DNA of 64,000 bases, taken from NCBI GenBank assembly GCA_905178155.1, contig CAJINV010000008.1, forward strand, positions 1,178,001-1,242,000, written 5' to 3'. Positions within the stretch are counted from its first letter, which is position 1. Every line of letters starts with the position of its first letter. Made by a program: the position numbers and the translations under genes. Of the stretch, positions 1-12,379 are shown one piece after another. The notes below the pieces were generated by a model. That model was not told the DNA's origin, ran no database searches, and saw nothing but the letters and a program-made list of their open reading frames with translations. This DNA is from Amoebophrya sp. A120 (taxonomy: Eukaryota; Protista; Dinoflagellata).

Positions 1-425
1 ACAAGATCTATGTATCTAAATCTATGGGTATGGACGCCTTCTTTTTCTCGGCTTAGGTACCATGACGATGTAAAGGTAAAAGCTCCAGTTGCGGCAGTAT
101 CATATGATTATGTGATCTGATCCTGATCCTGATGTTGATATGGTCTCCTTTTTTTCTCGTGGTCAGAAGCCGACATCGACTAATACGTGCACGTGCATGC
201 ACACCGGCAAAAAGTGGCCACAACTCTAATACTATCTTCGTCAGTACGATTACCAGGCACAACTACACAAAGAAACCATCGTAAAAATCTCACTTGTAAA
301 ATTTATTTATGTACGATATCAATAAAAATAAAGATATACAGATTACGTATACGTCGTGAAGTAAATTTTCGCGTCAAAGTGTAAGCGAAAACACAAGTTA
401 GACAAAACCCACGAATACGAAACCA

Positions 426-3400
426 ATGCACCACAAGACCATGTCGCGAATTTGGTTTAGGAGATTGATCGCTGTACCACTGCTAGCGGCGTTCATCTAC
501 TTTAACGATGGAACGACGTGGAGCTGCAGCGCATTGAGGGTGCCTGCGTCCTCCTCCTCCTCGTCATTGCCACTTAGGAATGCCGAGGAAGAAGCTCCAC
601 CCCACGCTGACGCTGGCGCAGGACCACCCGCAGCTCAGGCACAATTTTCGTCTTCTGTAGCTGGAGTAGGTGAACTTGAATTGGCGCGTCCAAAAGTACC
701 AGGAGCAGCGGCAGCAGATGCGGCACGACAACGCTCAGAGTTGAAAGCAAAAATCGGATATCTCCGAGATTACCTGCACGAAGTCTGCGAGAGCACTTGG
801 AAAGCGAAATTCGCGGAAGACATCGACTGTAATAAGTTCGTCGCAGCGTTGGATAAAATCAAGCAGGACAGCGAGGACAGCGACAGGCGCGAGATGAAAA
901 AATTGCTGACGAGAATTCAGACTCTTTACGTCGCAAGGCTCAAGGAGTTGCAGTCTCAGCAGAAGGGAAAGAAAGGTGGCCCTGGCCGTGGTCGGTCGCA
1001 GTCTCCGTCCCCGTCCCGGTCCAGAAGTCGGAGCAGAAAAAGTCAAAGGACGGGCCAAGAGCAACATCTTCGTGAAGGTCGCCAAGAGGAGCAACAGGAT
1101 CAACACCGGGAACAAGTACCAGTGTTGAAAACGCCGGGCCTGGAAGCCTACGAGACAGCGCAGCAAGGATTAGATAATGCAGCTCGCCGCCGCGGACTGA
1201 AGCGCCAGCGCCGGTCTTCAGGTAGTTCTTACGAGAGAGCAGACGATTATGGCGACGAGCTGCAAGAGCTGTACGACATGGAGGAGGGGTGCGCGAGAGC
1301 CGACCAGAGCGCGCAGTCTACATTGGAGAGCCGCGCCCTGCAGCTGGCAATTACTGATTACGCGAAGGAGTATATTCGCGAGAGCGAAATCTTCGCAGGT
1401 GCCGGTCGCCCGCGAGCGAATTTGCCCGTTCGGGTAGCGTCGTGGATGGTTTCTGAATTAACGGCATTGCTTGTGACCACAGCGTTTATGCAGACCGCAG
1501 GACAGCTGCATGTGGCGATTCCGGCGGCACAGGCGATTCCGTTTCACTACGAACTCGCGGTGTTTGGCTTTCCATTCTTGGTGAACTTTTTCGGAAATCG
1601 ATTGTCCGGGGCGACGAAATGGGTATCGAAAGGGATCGGCATGTGCAGCCTGGCGCTTGCGGTGCAGGCCTTTAAATGGCCGGTCGCCTTGACGCCACTG
1701 GGCGTTGCCACGAACTTGGTTCCCGCAGCGCTCCGAGGGGCTCAAGCGGTGCTCCCGACGAGCGCGGACCGGAAGCGGAGGCGCTGCGAGGGATGCTTCG
1801 ACACGATAGCCGACGAGATTGGAGCGCCATCGAAGGAGGTCGTTGCGGCGGAGCGCTTCCAGTTCCGCAGCTTCGTCGCGAATTCTATGTTCTCGCTGGC
1901 CGCAAAGACCACGGAGTCGCTCTTTCCCGGACGATCCACGGAGGAAATGCTCGACCTGCACACGCGCGCAGTGGTCGTCGGCGTACCTCTTGCGGAGGTG
2001 TTGTGGAGCTATCTGGAGGACCCGAGCCAGATGGACGCCCACACGCAACGTGCCGCGGTGGCTCTCACCCGAGTGTTCGTCGTTTACGTCTTGACAAGTG
2101 GGACGCCTCAGACCGTGAAATCCGTCCTCACAAAGTTTCTTCCCAAGTGGCCGAAACATCCGGTCTTCCGCGTCCTTCAGAAAGGGACCGTCGCTGTTTC
2201 CGCCCTCGCAGCACTGTACGCCGTTTACTTCATCGTTGACAAGGGTCCCGCAGCACTCGAGGACGGAAGTGGTCTTGATGCCTTAATAGCCAAGCACGGG
2301 CCTTTCGCCAATCACACCGTTTGTGCGACGCCCGAAAACATGCTGTTGCCCGAACACAACAGGAGCAGTTTCACTGAAGGCTTGTTGCACGAGTTAGGGT
2401 GCATCAAGGAAAAAATGCTGGAGCAAGAGCAACAAGGATCTAGCTCAGCGGGTGCAGCTTTGAGTGGCCTCTGTAGTTCTTCGTCTCTGGCGCCAGCGAG
2501 CAAAGAATTGACCAATGCGCACTCGCTCGTACACGAGTCATTTGCGAAAGTGCCAGGGGGACGGTCGAAAGAGGCCTTCTGTGAGGATGAGGGTATAGCC
2601 GACGGCATCAGGTTTTTCAATCACCACCTCCAGAGACTGACCGCCCAGACGAAGGGAAGCATGGATGCCGCGAAGTGTGATATAAGAGTGTCGGAGGCTG
2701 CAGCCGATTTTCCAAAGCCTGTGTGCGGAGGCACGCACATTCCACCCGCTTTTGCGTCGAAGTATATTGAAATCGACCCTAAGACAAATGAGTGCAGGGC
2801 ACACTATCCTGAGTACACCAGCATGGGACGGGCCGCGCAGGAAGCGCTGGCCCATCATCAGACTCGTCAAATGGAACAACCCACCGCTCAGCAGAGCGGC
2901 CGTCACGCCCTCCCTGCACCGTCGTCCGTTGCAGCTCTGGAGCAGTCCAGCACTTCTTCAGATGCCCGCGCCCTTGCGCACGGCGAGTCTTTGGGGGCAG
3001 TGATTCCGTGTGGCAGGAGTTCCGGGGACCGCCCCTTCGGAAGCTCGCGTCCAATAAAGCCGATACTGACAGGAGCCGCTGCGGCAGCCGGAGAAGGCCT
3101 TGTCAGCTCGTCAGACAGTACGCAACGGCAGCTGGTGCGGCAGCAGCTGGACAACTCGCAACAAGTCGCGGTCTCGGCGGGGCAAGCCCCGGGGGCACTT
3201 TTCGGGCGAGAACGTACCTTGCGGCAGCACGTCGAGAAGACAGCAGGTCCTCTGGTAGCTGCACTGACAACCGCCGGGGGAAGGCTTTTACCGGCTCTGC
3301 AGCAGCAGGCCGGCCAGCTGTCGGGCCCTTCGTCTACCGCGGTGCAAGAGTTTTATCGAGAGCAAGTCTTTCCTGCGCCCTCGGCGCAAGCAGTGCCAGT

Positions 3401-3944
3401 CATCCCTCCGGTGGGTGAGGAAAGCAGCAACGTCGAGCCGGTCAGCCAGGCCGCACCGACGTTCGACGCAGAGGGACGGTTCATCGGTATATCCGCCATG
3501 CCCCAACAGCATAGCGGAGGTGCCATTTCCGACACATATCGCGGCCAGTTGATTGACGGAGTGCAGCGAAGCGCCCAAATCTCGGCGGAGCGCGGCGCTC
3601 ACATTGTGCGCGCCATCGAGGGGCAGAGTCGCGTAAACTTTTGGACTGGACCTTTTCGCGCGACGCGGGCACTACTGAAGCACCGTTTGCAAGTGCTTCG
3701 CGAGAACGCCAATTGGCGAGCCGCTTTGACGCAGTTGCGGACGAACTCCGCGGATGCCGAGAGCGTGTTGTCCGGTTCGGGAAACAGGTTGCAGCTATTG
3801 GAACTGCTTGATCAAGCCTTGAAGTCAACCCAAAAAGGCTGGAACGCACTCAAGAAATTGCCAATTTCTCAACTAGTAAAAGTCCTACGCGACACAGCAG
3901 AAAGTGGTGCGACCTCGTCACCAGACGAAGCAGCGAGCCCCTGA
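426..3944 (+). CDS. Hypothetical 1172-aa protein, probably secreted or membrane-associated, apparently intronless
   Basis: Long uninterrupted ORF. N-terminal hydrophobic stretch (RRLIAVPLLAAFIYF), an RS-rich tract (RSQSPSPSRSRSRSRKS), basic clusters and several central hydrophobic segments. No family recognised. Confidence 0.75.
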   Translation: MHHKTMSRIWFRRLIAVPLLAAFIYFNDGTTWSCSALRVPASSSSSSLPLRNAEEEAPPHADAGAGPPAAQAQFSSSVAGVGELELARPKVPGAAAADAARQRSELKAKIGYLRDYLHEVCESTWKAKFAEDIDCNKFVAALDKIKQDSEDSDRREMKKLLTRIQTLYVARLKELQSQQKGKKGGPGRGRSQSPSPSRSRSRSRKSQRTGQEQHLREGRQEEQQDQHREQVPVLKTPGLEAYETAQQGLDNAARRRGLKRQRRSSGSSYERADDYGDELQELYDMEEGCARADQSAQSTLESRALQLAITDYAKEYIRESEIFAGAGRPRANLPVRVASWMVSELTALLVTTAFMQTAGQLHVAIPAAQAIPFHYELAVFGFPFLVNFFGNRLSGATKWVSKGIGMCSLALAVQAFKWPVALTPLGVATNLVPAALRGAQAVLPTSADRKRRRCEGCFDTIADEIGAPSKEVVAAERFQFRSFVANSMFSLAAKTTESLFPGRSTEEMLDLHTRAVVVGVPLAEVLWSYLEDPSQMDAHTQRAAVALTRVFVVYVLTSGTPQTVKSVLTKFLPKWPKHPVFRVLQKGTVAVSALAALYAVYFIVDKGPAALEDGSGLDALIAKHGPFANHTVCATPENMLLPEHNRSSFTEGLLHELGCIKEKMLEQEQQGSSSAGAALSGLCSSSSLAPASKELTNAHSLVHESFAKVPGGRSKEAFCEDEGIADGIRFFNHHLQRLTAQTKGSMDAAKCDIRVSEAAADFPKPVCGGTHIPPAFASKYIEIDPKTNECRAHYPEYTSMGRAAQEALAHHQTRQMEQPTAQQSGRHALPAPSSVAALEQSSTSSDARALAHGESLGAVIPCGRSSGDRPFGSSRPIKPILTGAAAAAGEGLVSSSDSTQRQLVRQQLDNSQQVAVSAGQAPGALFGRERTLRQHVEKTAGPLVAALTTAGGRLLPALQQQAGQLSGPSSTAVQEFYREQVFPAPSAQAVPVIPPVGEESSNVEPVSQAAPTFDAEGRFIGISAMPQQHSGGAISDTYRGQLIDGVQRSAQISAERGAHIVRAIEGQSRVNFWTGPFRATRALLKHRLQVLRENANWRAALTQLRTNSADAESVLSGSGNRLQLLELLDQALKSTQKGWNALKKLPISQLVKVLRDTAESGATSSPDEAASP

Positions 3945-5249
3945 AAAAGTTTTTATCGAGCTCGCTTTTGTGTAGCACGGCGGGGTCTCGTCGTTGGCGG
4001 ACGGAAAAGAGCCGGAGCGCTTCTTTTTACAACAAAACATTTCTATCGTATATCGTATCTTCTTCTGCTTTTCTATGCGACACAAATAAGCCAATTGCGA
4101 ACCGAAAGTCTATTTCGACAAAAGCTACAAACATTTTCATGACGTAAAGTGTTCATGATGCTTTACGGAAGTGCTTAGTCAGAACCAGAACCACTACTAC
4201 AAGTTGTGCTTATTAACTCCAACTCACGGTGTTTAGCTGTATGATTATAATGATGATTCTGATTGATAATGAAAATGAATATTGTGGGTGACACGATCAT
4301 GAAAAAATGTGATAAATTCTTGTATGATACTAATGTTTTTGTGCAGTCTCCACCTCCAGCTCATGATTGCGGACTTTCGCTTTGGAGTTGTTTATCTCAC
4401 CATAAATTCACTTTTTACAATCCTATCAATCTATGGACGTAACACTCCTGGTCCTGTTGTGCTAGCTTATTTTTTTTTGAAAAATACGCAAAGCAACTCT
4501 GGCCACGACTTTCCGCCCTGCCAGAAGTTTGTACTTTGATATAGATGAAGCTATGATGTGGTGCTTGCGCGATGGACGAACGCGCAGCAGGGTTGTGTGC
4601 AAATTTTCTGTTTCACCGATGTAGCAGCAAAATGTGTGCGACCCGGTCGGGGGAACTTGAAGCACTTTTGTTCGTCGTGGTCTTCTGTCGAGGATGTTGT
4701 AATTATCATGATGTACTAAGAAAAAGAATCTGTATGAGCCAGTGTTGGGTTGTGTTACTCAGTATGTATTTATCTTGCTCAGCCATCATGCAGCTGCACC
4801 GTTCTTTTTGCGTTGCACTTGTTGCAGCAGAACAAGGAGCAAAACTACAACAAGAGAGGCAACGGAAAAAAGTCACATCAATCAGGGTAAGAGTAAGAGA
4901 GCGAAGTACAGTTCTTGCAGTGGTATTGAAGGAACGAACGAAAGCAAATTGAAAATGGCGCCGCACTGCTCCGCGCATGTCACACACCAACACGTTACTG
5001 GGGTAGAGATGGGTTCCAGATGAAAAAGGACCCCGTCGAGTGTGAGTGACGAGACGGCTCTGCACCTGTTTTGTTGCTTGTGAAGTTTCAGCCAGGGGGG
5101 TATGAGGGCCTGCGTTTAGGATTACGAATAGATGGAAAAGTAAAGTGATTATTTTTGAAACTAATAGTGCTGTGAGAAGGTGGTCTACGTACGTGTCGAT
5201 TCTTCACTCAGCTACGACGCGAAGGCCGAAGGCACGAACGCAAACAAAA

Positions 5250-8177
5250 ATGAGCGCATCACAGACGCAGTCGGTGACGCAGCAATGGCCATTGCCTACA
5301 CTACCATCGAAACTGCTACAGTTTTCGAGTGAGGTGGAGGCAGCGATGCGGCAGAATAAAGAGGTTATCGCGCTGGAAAGCACGATCATCAGCCACGGGA
5401 TGCCTTTTCCCCAGAATCTGGAAGTTGCAACGCGTTTGGAAGGGATTCTCCGCACAGAAAAGACCTGCCCGGCGACGATCGCAATTCTTGACGGGATCGT
5501 ACACATTGGCTTGGAAAGGGCACAGCTAGAGTTTTTCGCCAAAACTGGGCCGCAGATCAGGAAGGTATCGCGCCGGGACGTCGCAGATGTGCTCGCGAAG
5601 AAGCAGTGCGGTGCGACCACGGTCGCGACAACGATGCTGTTTGCGGATTGGACTAAGAAAATCCGGCTCTTTGTGACCGGCGGGATAGGCGGGGTCCATC
5701 GGAACGCGGACCAAACGTTCGACATTTCCGCTGACTTGGAGGAATTCGGCAGATCCAAAGTGGCTGTGATCTGTGCGGGCGCGAAGAGCATCCTGGACTT
5801 GCCCAAGACGCAAGAGGTGCTGGAAACGAAAGGCTGTCCCGTGGTCGGGTTTCGGACCGACGTTTTTCCGACCTTTTTCACCCGCGGTGAAGCGCAGGCA
5901 CTGCCCGTCGTTTCGAAAGTCATGTCCGCTACCGAAGCGGCGCACCTAATCGAAATCCAGGTCGAGTGCCTGCAGACAGGGCTGGTTCTCTGCAACCCGA
6001 TTCCGAAAGACAAGGAATGCGTGGAGGCCCAGAAGGCCATAGAGGCGGCGGTAGTAGAGGCAGAAAAGAAACATATCTTGGGGAAGGACGTCACGCCGTT
6101 TTTGCTGAAACGAGTCAACGAGCTCACGAAAGGGAAGTCCTTGGCGGCGAACATCGCGCTCGTCGAGAACAACGCGAAGCTGGGTGCGGAAATCGGAAAG
6201 GCTCTGTATGACCAGAGGCTCGTCCAGAGGACAGCAACTTCTGCCGGCTCCACAGGGCAGCAAGAGCACACGACTGCTGGCGGCGTGACTTTCTCATCTG
6301 CAGCAAGAACGACCTCGTCTAGCAGTAGCGGTTCTTCTTGTGGCTCCACCGGCTGGAAAGTAGATCAAAAATCCGAACAAGAGCAAGCTCCTTGCAAAAT
6401 CACGGTGATAGGGGGCGCCACAGTCGACTATGTGTGTCGACCAGAAGCCACAGCCACTCAAACGTACCAGCTGAAAACGAGTTTACCTGGGAAAGTACAT
6501 ATCCAGTGCGGTGGCGTGGGACGAAACATCGCTGAGGCGATCTGTAAACTCGCAAACCTGAACCCCGCTGATGCAGCTGCTCGATCAACATCAACATCCG
6601 GAGCCTGCCTTATTTCGCGGGTCGGCAACGACCCTGCCGGGATTCTTGTGGAACAGAATTGCAAAAAACATTGCATTATCCTGTGCAAAAGTATCGTTTT
6701 CGTAGTAATCGCAGTCATACATTACAAATCTTCTTTCCAAGGCAGACCAGCATGACAAATTCCATTTGTAACGCTGAGCGAATTTGTATTGCAATTACTA
6801 CTAGAAGTGCGATGCTTTTGCAGTGCATATACATTTCCCTTGTAAGCAGTGACCACCACGTCGCCCGACATCATGCTGACTTTCCCACCAAAGTCGGAGC
6901 AGTGCCTTCTTCAGAAGATCCCACCATATTCTTATTCAGTGCAAAAGTATTGCACTCGGTAAATTTTTACAGTCATGCGTGACAAGTGTACGAGTAACGC
7001 TGAGCGCTAACGTTTATATAATAATCCCCGTGGTAATGCTAATTATCCAAAATATCCAGCATGACAAATTGCGTTTCTCATTCTCTTTTTCGAAAAACAA
7101 AAATGTGCACTGCAGTTCACAGTAGTATGCTACTTTTGCAATGCAAACCCAACTAGTAGTAGCAGCAGCGCATTAAGAACCGCCCAGTACGTCGCGGTGA
7201 TGGACGACGCAGGAGACTTGGTCTCTGCCATCGCCGATATGGACATATTGCAAAACATCCGGATCCCGCCGCTCGTCGTTCCTGCAGCTCCTGCATCAGC
7301 CACGACATCATCCAGCCACCCGCCCGAGGGAGTAGATCACGACCATACGCCGACATCAATAGTGGAAACCCGTCCTCCGCAAAGTCTGTTCATTGTAGAT
7401 GGCAACGTGTCCGTTGCGACCTTGCACGAGTTTGCAGCCCGGCTCCAGGAAGTCGATCCGGCGACTTTGCGAGAACGCTGCTCCCAGATCTGGTTTGAGC
7501 CTGTGTCTACCGTGAAGTCTTTGCGCTTTTACGACCTGATGGCGTGCTTGAAGCAGAAGCAGATGAACGATATCTGCAGGTGTTCTCTGATCACGCCAAA
7601 CTATGACGAGCTCCGCGCCCTTGTTGCCGAGGGGCAGAAGCGACGAGCGAAGCAATGGCAAAAAGCCACGGACCACAACACCACGGAAGGGACTGGCACA
7701 AAGGAAACCGATTCTGAACGGGTGCGACTATTACATGCGTTCGCGAGTTTGTGCAAGGAACTCTTTGGTAGCGACGCAGTGCCGCCTACGGTCGTGCTCA
7801 CCTGCGGGAGCGATGGGTGTTTGGTCTTTTCGCCTGACGGCTCTGCCCTTACTACTTCATCTTGCAATCTGCCACGCGCCGCAACGATCCAGCTGCTAGA
7901 CAAGAACATCGCGAAGCTGAAGCTGCCTGTTGTTTCGAAAGAGCGCATAGTGAACACAACGGGAGCGGGAGACACGCTCATGGGCGTCTTGGCGTATGCC
8001 TGCGTGTACGAAAAGCTCCCGCTGATCCATTCTGTCCTGATGGGAATGGAAGCAGCTGCCATCACAATCCAGTCCGCCTTTCCGGTCGCGGAGAACCTCA
8101 GAGAAAAGCTTTTTTTGACGGAGACCGCTGCAGTGCGTCTTGGAACTGCTGGGGTCGTCACACCGTCAAAGCTGTGA
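5250..8177 (+). CDS. Pseudouridine-5'-phosphate glycosidase (PsuG/IndA) fused to a PfkB-family carbohydrate (pseudouridine) kinase
   Basis: PsuG motifs ALESTIISHGMPFPQN, GATTVATTM, TGGIGGVHR, DISADL, GAKSILD, GKDVTPFLL. PfkB motifs GGVGRNIAE, TAQYVAVMD..GDL..AIADM, NTTGAGD. The frame is interrupted by introners at 6677-6829 and 6933-7147 and restored by their removal. Confidence 0.9.
6677..6829. mobile_element. Introner family A (153 bp)
   Basis: Ends TATCCTGTGCAAAAGTATCG...CGATGCTTTTGCAGTGCATA. Flanks tgcat/tacat (4/5 TSD). Removing 158 bp restores the frame. Confidence 0.88.
6933..7147. mobile_element. Introner family A, degenerate (about 215 bp)
   Basis: Ends TATTCAGTGCAAAAGTATTG...TACTTTTGCAATGCAAA. 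TSD no longer recognisable, but element length +5 matches the frame offset between the flanking PfkB exons. Confidence 0.7.
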
Positions 8178-9581
8178 CCTGGCCGTATGTTGTCCGACCG
8201 CTTGATCAATCGCAATCATGTACTACATCAGGCCTGCTCCTCCTTTTTCCGATGAAGTGGTGAACAATTTTCAACATGGACGCGGTTGCTACACAATCAC
8301 AGCGTAAATACAGATACACGCCGTCCTGCATGCTTATGGGACAAATACAAGAACTCGCGTCGCTGCAGGCTGCTGCAGATCGAAATTCAAGACTCGGACT
8401 GGTCGTTCACCGATGAACATAAAGTTGTTCCTGAGCAGCATGCAAGTGGTGCGCACTTCTTCGTGAGTCGATTTTTGCGTCTCTGACTCTCCGCCGCCCT
8501 CTTTCTCAAAACCGCTGACCGGAGATGGCGCCATTTTTCCGTTTTGTTAGTCTGAGTCGTATGTTTGTAAATCGAGAACGAGAGCAGGACGACCAGGAGT
8601 TGTCTGGTCGTGAGATGTTTCGGTGAGACTGCGATATAATTTTTTGACCTACAACATAAGCAAAGGCGACAGACCGCAGCAGGTGTAGTGTATATGAATA
8701 AGTATGATATTCACTGCTCTACTCAATCTCAAAATATTGCGAGCAGTTGCAAAACTGTCCCTAGACTTATATGCCACCTGAGTTTCATTGTTCGATTTAC
8801 CTTCATCGCACATGCATTCGCTTTCGCTTCGACTTTTTGTCGGCGCAGTGAATATCGTTCTTATTTGTCAGATTCGAAATGCAGAATCTTACTGACGACT
8901 AGTTTCACCTTCAGCGATTCGTGCATATTTTTTTTCGACTAGTTTCAATGTTTTTCACGATCGACGAAACGATATGAATTTCACCAGATCATGATTATAT
9001 AGTAGGTCTCGCCCGTGTGCCGTGGCTCTGGCTGTTGACTTTTTGCAAAGCACGCAACATTTACATTTTCGACGTTTAGGGGAGAAGCTTTACATTTTCC
9101 AGATACATGTTCATCGATCCGATCACCAACAGCACAGCAACACTGCGTACATTCCCTGCCTGGTATTGCTAGGGAAACCTGGTGGTCCGTTGGTTGGTGC
9201 TGACGATGATCATCGCTGGGTGATGGCGTGAGCCGCGTTTCGGAATCACCAGTGCAGTAGAAATAACGTCGCTAAAGAACTGCGCTGCTTATAATCGCAA
9301 TCGGGCCCGGGCGATGAAATACAACGCGGAACCTGGACACTAAAGCATCTTCAACAAGTTCACGTTACAGACACAGCGTAAATGTAATTACAGCTGGGGA
9401 TACAAGAAAAACTGAAGACAGAATTGTAAGAACAACCGAACGACGTCGATTCATCTTCTCCAGCTCCACAGCGACAACATAATTCGCGCTCGCAGCGAGC
9501 AAATCAGAAAGTAGACCTGATTCTTCGAGAGCGGACAGTGATTCTGATTGAGCTCCTTGACCCGCAGCGTTTTACTGCTGG

Positions 9582-12379
9582 ATGCCTGGTTACAGCGGAA
9601 GTCAGCCCGGCATGTACGACACCAGCGACCTCCGAGTCCGGTCGCGCGGACCTAATTACGCCGGGGGACCCTCGCCGTCTTCCTCAAGCACAGCTCCGAA
9701 TAATGCTTTTTCATTTTCCTACGCCGACGTGTTCAGAGATCCGGAAAGCGGTTTATCCGGCGGCGGACCCCCCGGCGGGGCTTTGCTGCCCGGCGCACGA
9801 GGCGGCGGCAACCGACCTGCGATGACGCCACAGATGAAAATGATGTTTTCATTGCTGTGTGGCGCGGCGGCAGCATTGCACGCGGATTTGAATATGGCGG
9901 CGCCCCACCTTTCCAGACTTGCGGAAGACTTCGGTATACATAGCTTTCATCTTTTTTGATACCCACCGCATTATATCTCGCAAGTGGTTCTGGCTCTGCT
10001 ACTGCCTGCTTCAGCGCCTTCTTTGTATATGCTGGTGATCATTACTTCTCCAGTGGGCCGCACTATCGTGTATTTACTTTCGTCCGTTTTGGGTTTTGCA
10101 CACGAAAGAACGAGATCGCTTTGGCCAGCACGACTGCGTCGCTCACTTTTTTCAGGTCTGACGCCCATGGAGAAGGACGCCCGTCTCGGTGGTCTGGTGC
10201 AGCTCGGTTTCTTCATAATTGGCGGCGCGTGCAGCGTTTTTGTGGGTCCAATTGCGGACAAGAGCGACCGGGCGATCATGCTGACCGGATTACTGTTTCT
10301 TTCGGCGGTGCTGAACTTGTCCATTGCGTCGTTCCTCCCGAACAGCTATCCTGTGCAAAAGTATCGTACTCGTAGTAATTGCAGTCATGCATTATCCAAG
10401 GTAAAACAGCATGACAAATTTCATTTCTCATGCTGAGCAAATTTGTCATGCGATTTATACTAGTACGATACATTTGCAATGCATAACAGCAAAGTGGGGT
10501 TTTTCTACTTCTTCCTGTGCCGCGTCGCCTCCGGGGTGAGTATCGGGGGGTGCTTTCCGGTCCTCTACTCCTATGGAAGCGTCAGGTTTGAAATCGTCAA
10601 AGTTGAAATAGTTTGTCATGCATAAAACGGATACCAGTTAGACCTACAGTTTGTAGTCGGTGCATGACAAATTTTCCCGGTCCTGGAAGCGAGTCTGTCA
10701 TGCGTTTTAGGGCAAAAGAGCTGCCTTCTGTCATGCTAGTCAGCAGTCCAACTTATGACCCTTGCCAGGACTTTAATCTGCCTCCCGTGCTTCCTCTGCA
10801 ATAGAGTCACTTTTTGCGTCGCATTTTATGCATGACAAATCATTTCAACTTTGCCGATTTCAATCCTGACACTCCCATAACTCCCTCTGCGGAGATATGT
10901 TTCCCTCCTCCCAACGCAGCTTCGTGGCCGCGTCGATTGGCGCTTCGGCTAACGTCGGGGCCGCGGTAGGGAGCATGTTTTCCGGAATGATCGGTGGGGA
11001 CGGTGCCTGGCGCACGCCGTACTTTCTCGCCTCTATCCTGCAGCTCGCCGCCTCGGTTGCGGTGCAAATGTTTCTGAAAGATCCCCGCATGGCCTCTGCT
11101 GGATCTGCAAGTGCGGGCAGCGTGTCGGGGCCAGGTATATGTTTGTAGGTTTGAACTTGAAGTCTAACTCTAACTAAAGTTTTCCAGATTTTGCTGGTGC
11201 ATCTTCAAGTTAAAGACCAAGAAGATGACTTTTTTATATGCTCGTGCAAGATGCCTTGGCGTTTTCTCGCCACGTAGAAAAGAAATAGGAGCGATAGCTT
11301 TCCTAGGCATCTTGAACTCCACTGAAGGTATTATTTTTATTAGTTGATCTTGAAGAAGAAGAACACTTTAACACATTCGAATATTCACGTACTATTGCAG
11401 ATAAAAGCGCAGATTGGGCCGCTGCCTGGGCGGGAGGGAGACAAGCTTACACAGAAATGCAAGCAGAGCAAGGATACATACGGATGGAGGACATGGATTT
11501 CGGCAAGTTTCGTGACATCGCCCATGTCGAGTCGAATAAGATTCTCCTTCTCCAAGCCATTCCCGGATGTGTCCCAGTGTCCCTCATACTCACATTCCTG
11601 CCGGATTATCTAAGTATTTCTTTGTCCATCTTTTGTCAATGTTTCAGAGTTTCAGTAACTTTTCAAGTTCACGTTAATTTACTCGATTCTGGATGTGTCG
11701 GTGTGAATCATCTGTGCGCTTTGTAGTTTTTGGCTAGTGCGACGAAGAGAGACGTCTCGAACTTTTATTCATTGTCTTTCGAACTATCAGCGAAACTCCA
11801 AAACAAAGCAAAACACAAACAGTATCCGAGCAGAAGATGACAGTGCAGAGCACGGTGTTGGTCCAAAGTGCTTGGGGTGTAGCAAGTCTTGCACTGACGT
11901 TCAGTGGCGGGGCTCTTGGCCAGCGACTCTACGAGACGAACAAGAATCAGTTTTGCCGTTTTCTCGCGCTTTGTTGCGCCCTCGGCGTGCTGCCATTCCT
12001 GTTGTTGATCAACTGCAGTCCCGACTGGATAGCAAACGCAAGTACTGGCCGCGCCACCGTTTTCTCGGTATTGCTTGCCGGCTTCGGGGGCCTGGTGGCC
12101 GTGGCCGGGCCGAACGTGCGTGCCACGCTTATGAACCTGAACGAGAGTGGCCAACGGGGAACCGTTTTCTCCGCGCTCACACTGTGCGACGACTTGGGCA
12201 AGGGGCTGGGTCCCACCGTAATCGTGCTCCTGGTCACGTTATTCGGCCGCCGACTCGCGTTCTCGATTGCCTTCTGCTTCTGGTTTTTTTCCGCCGGTCT
12301 GTTGTACTCGTTGAAGGGTTCGCTTGCACGAGACTCCCACAATACCTCCATCGGGCTGCGGCAAAGCCGATACGAGTAG
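9582..12379 (+). CDS. Major facilitator superfamily transporter (Spinster-like)
   Basis: Spliced model with GT-AG introns 9934-10155, 11135-11400 and 11614-11822 plus introners at 10347 and 10572. Gives ADLNMAAPHLSRLAEDFGLTPMEKDARLGG, GPIADKSDR (MFS motif A-like), RVASGVSIGG, YSLCGDMFPSSQRS, GPNVRATLMNLN...RGTVFS...DDLGKGLGP and multiple TM helices. Confidence 0.88.
10347..10485. mobile_element. Introner family A (139 bp)
   Basis: TATCCTGTGCAAAAGTATCGTACT...AGTACGATACATTTGCAATGCATA. Perfect TSD acagc. Spliced reading PNS-KVGFFYFF. Confidence 0.93.
10572..10879. mobile_element. Introner family F (308 bp)
   Basis: About 56-bp imperfect TIR TATGGRAGYGTCAGGWTTGAAATCGKCAAAGTTGAAAT...TTTGTCATGCATAAAA. 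TSD actcc. Spliced reading VLYS-LCGDMF. Confidence 0.93.

Noticed and set aside
5250-8177. PsuG-kinase fusion as a novelty
   Set aside because: Fused pseudouridine glycosidase/kinase proteins are already known in many eukaryotes.
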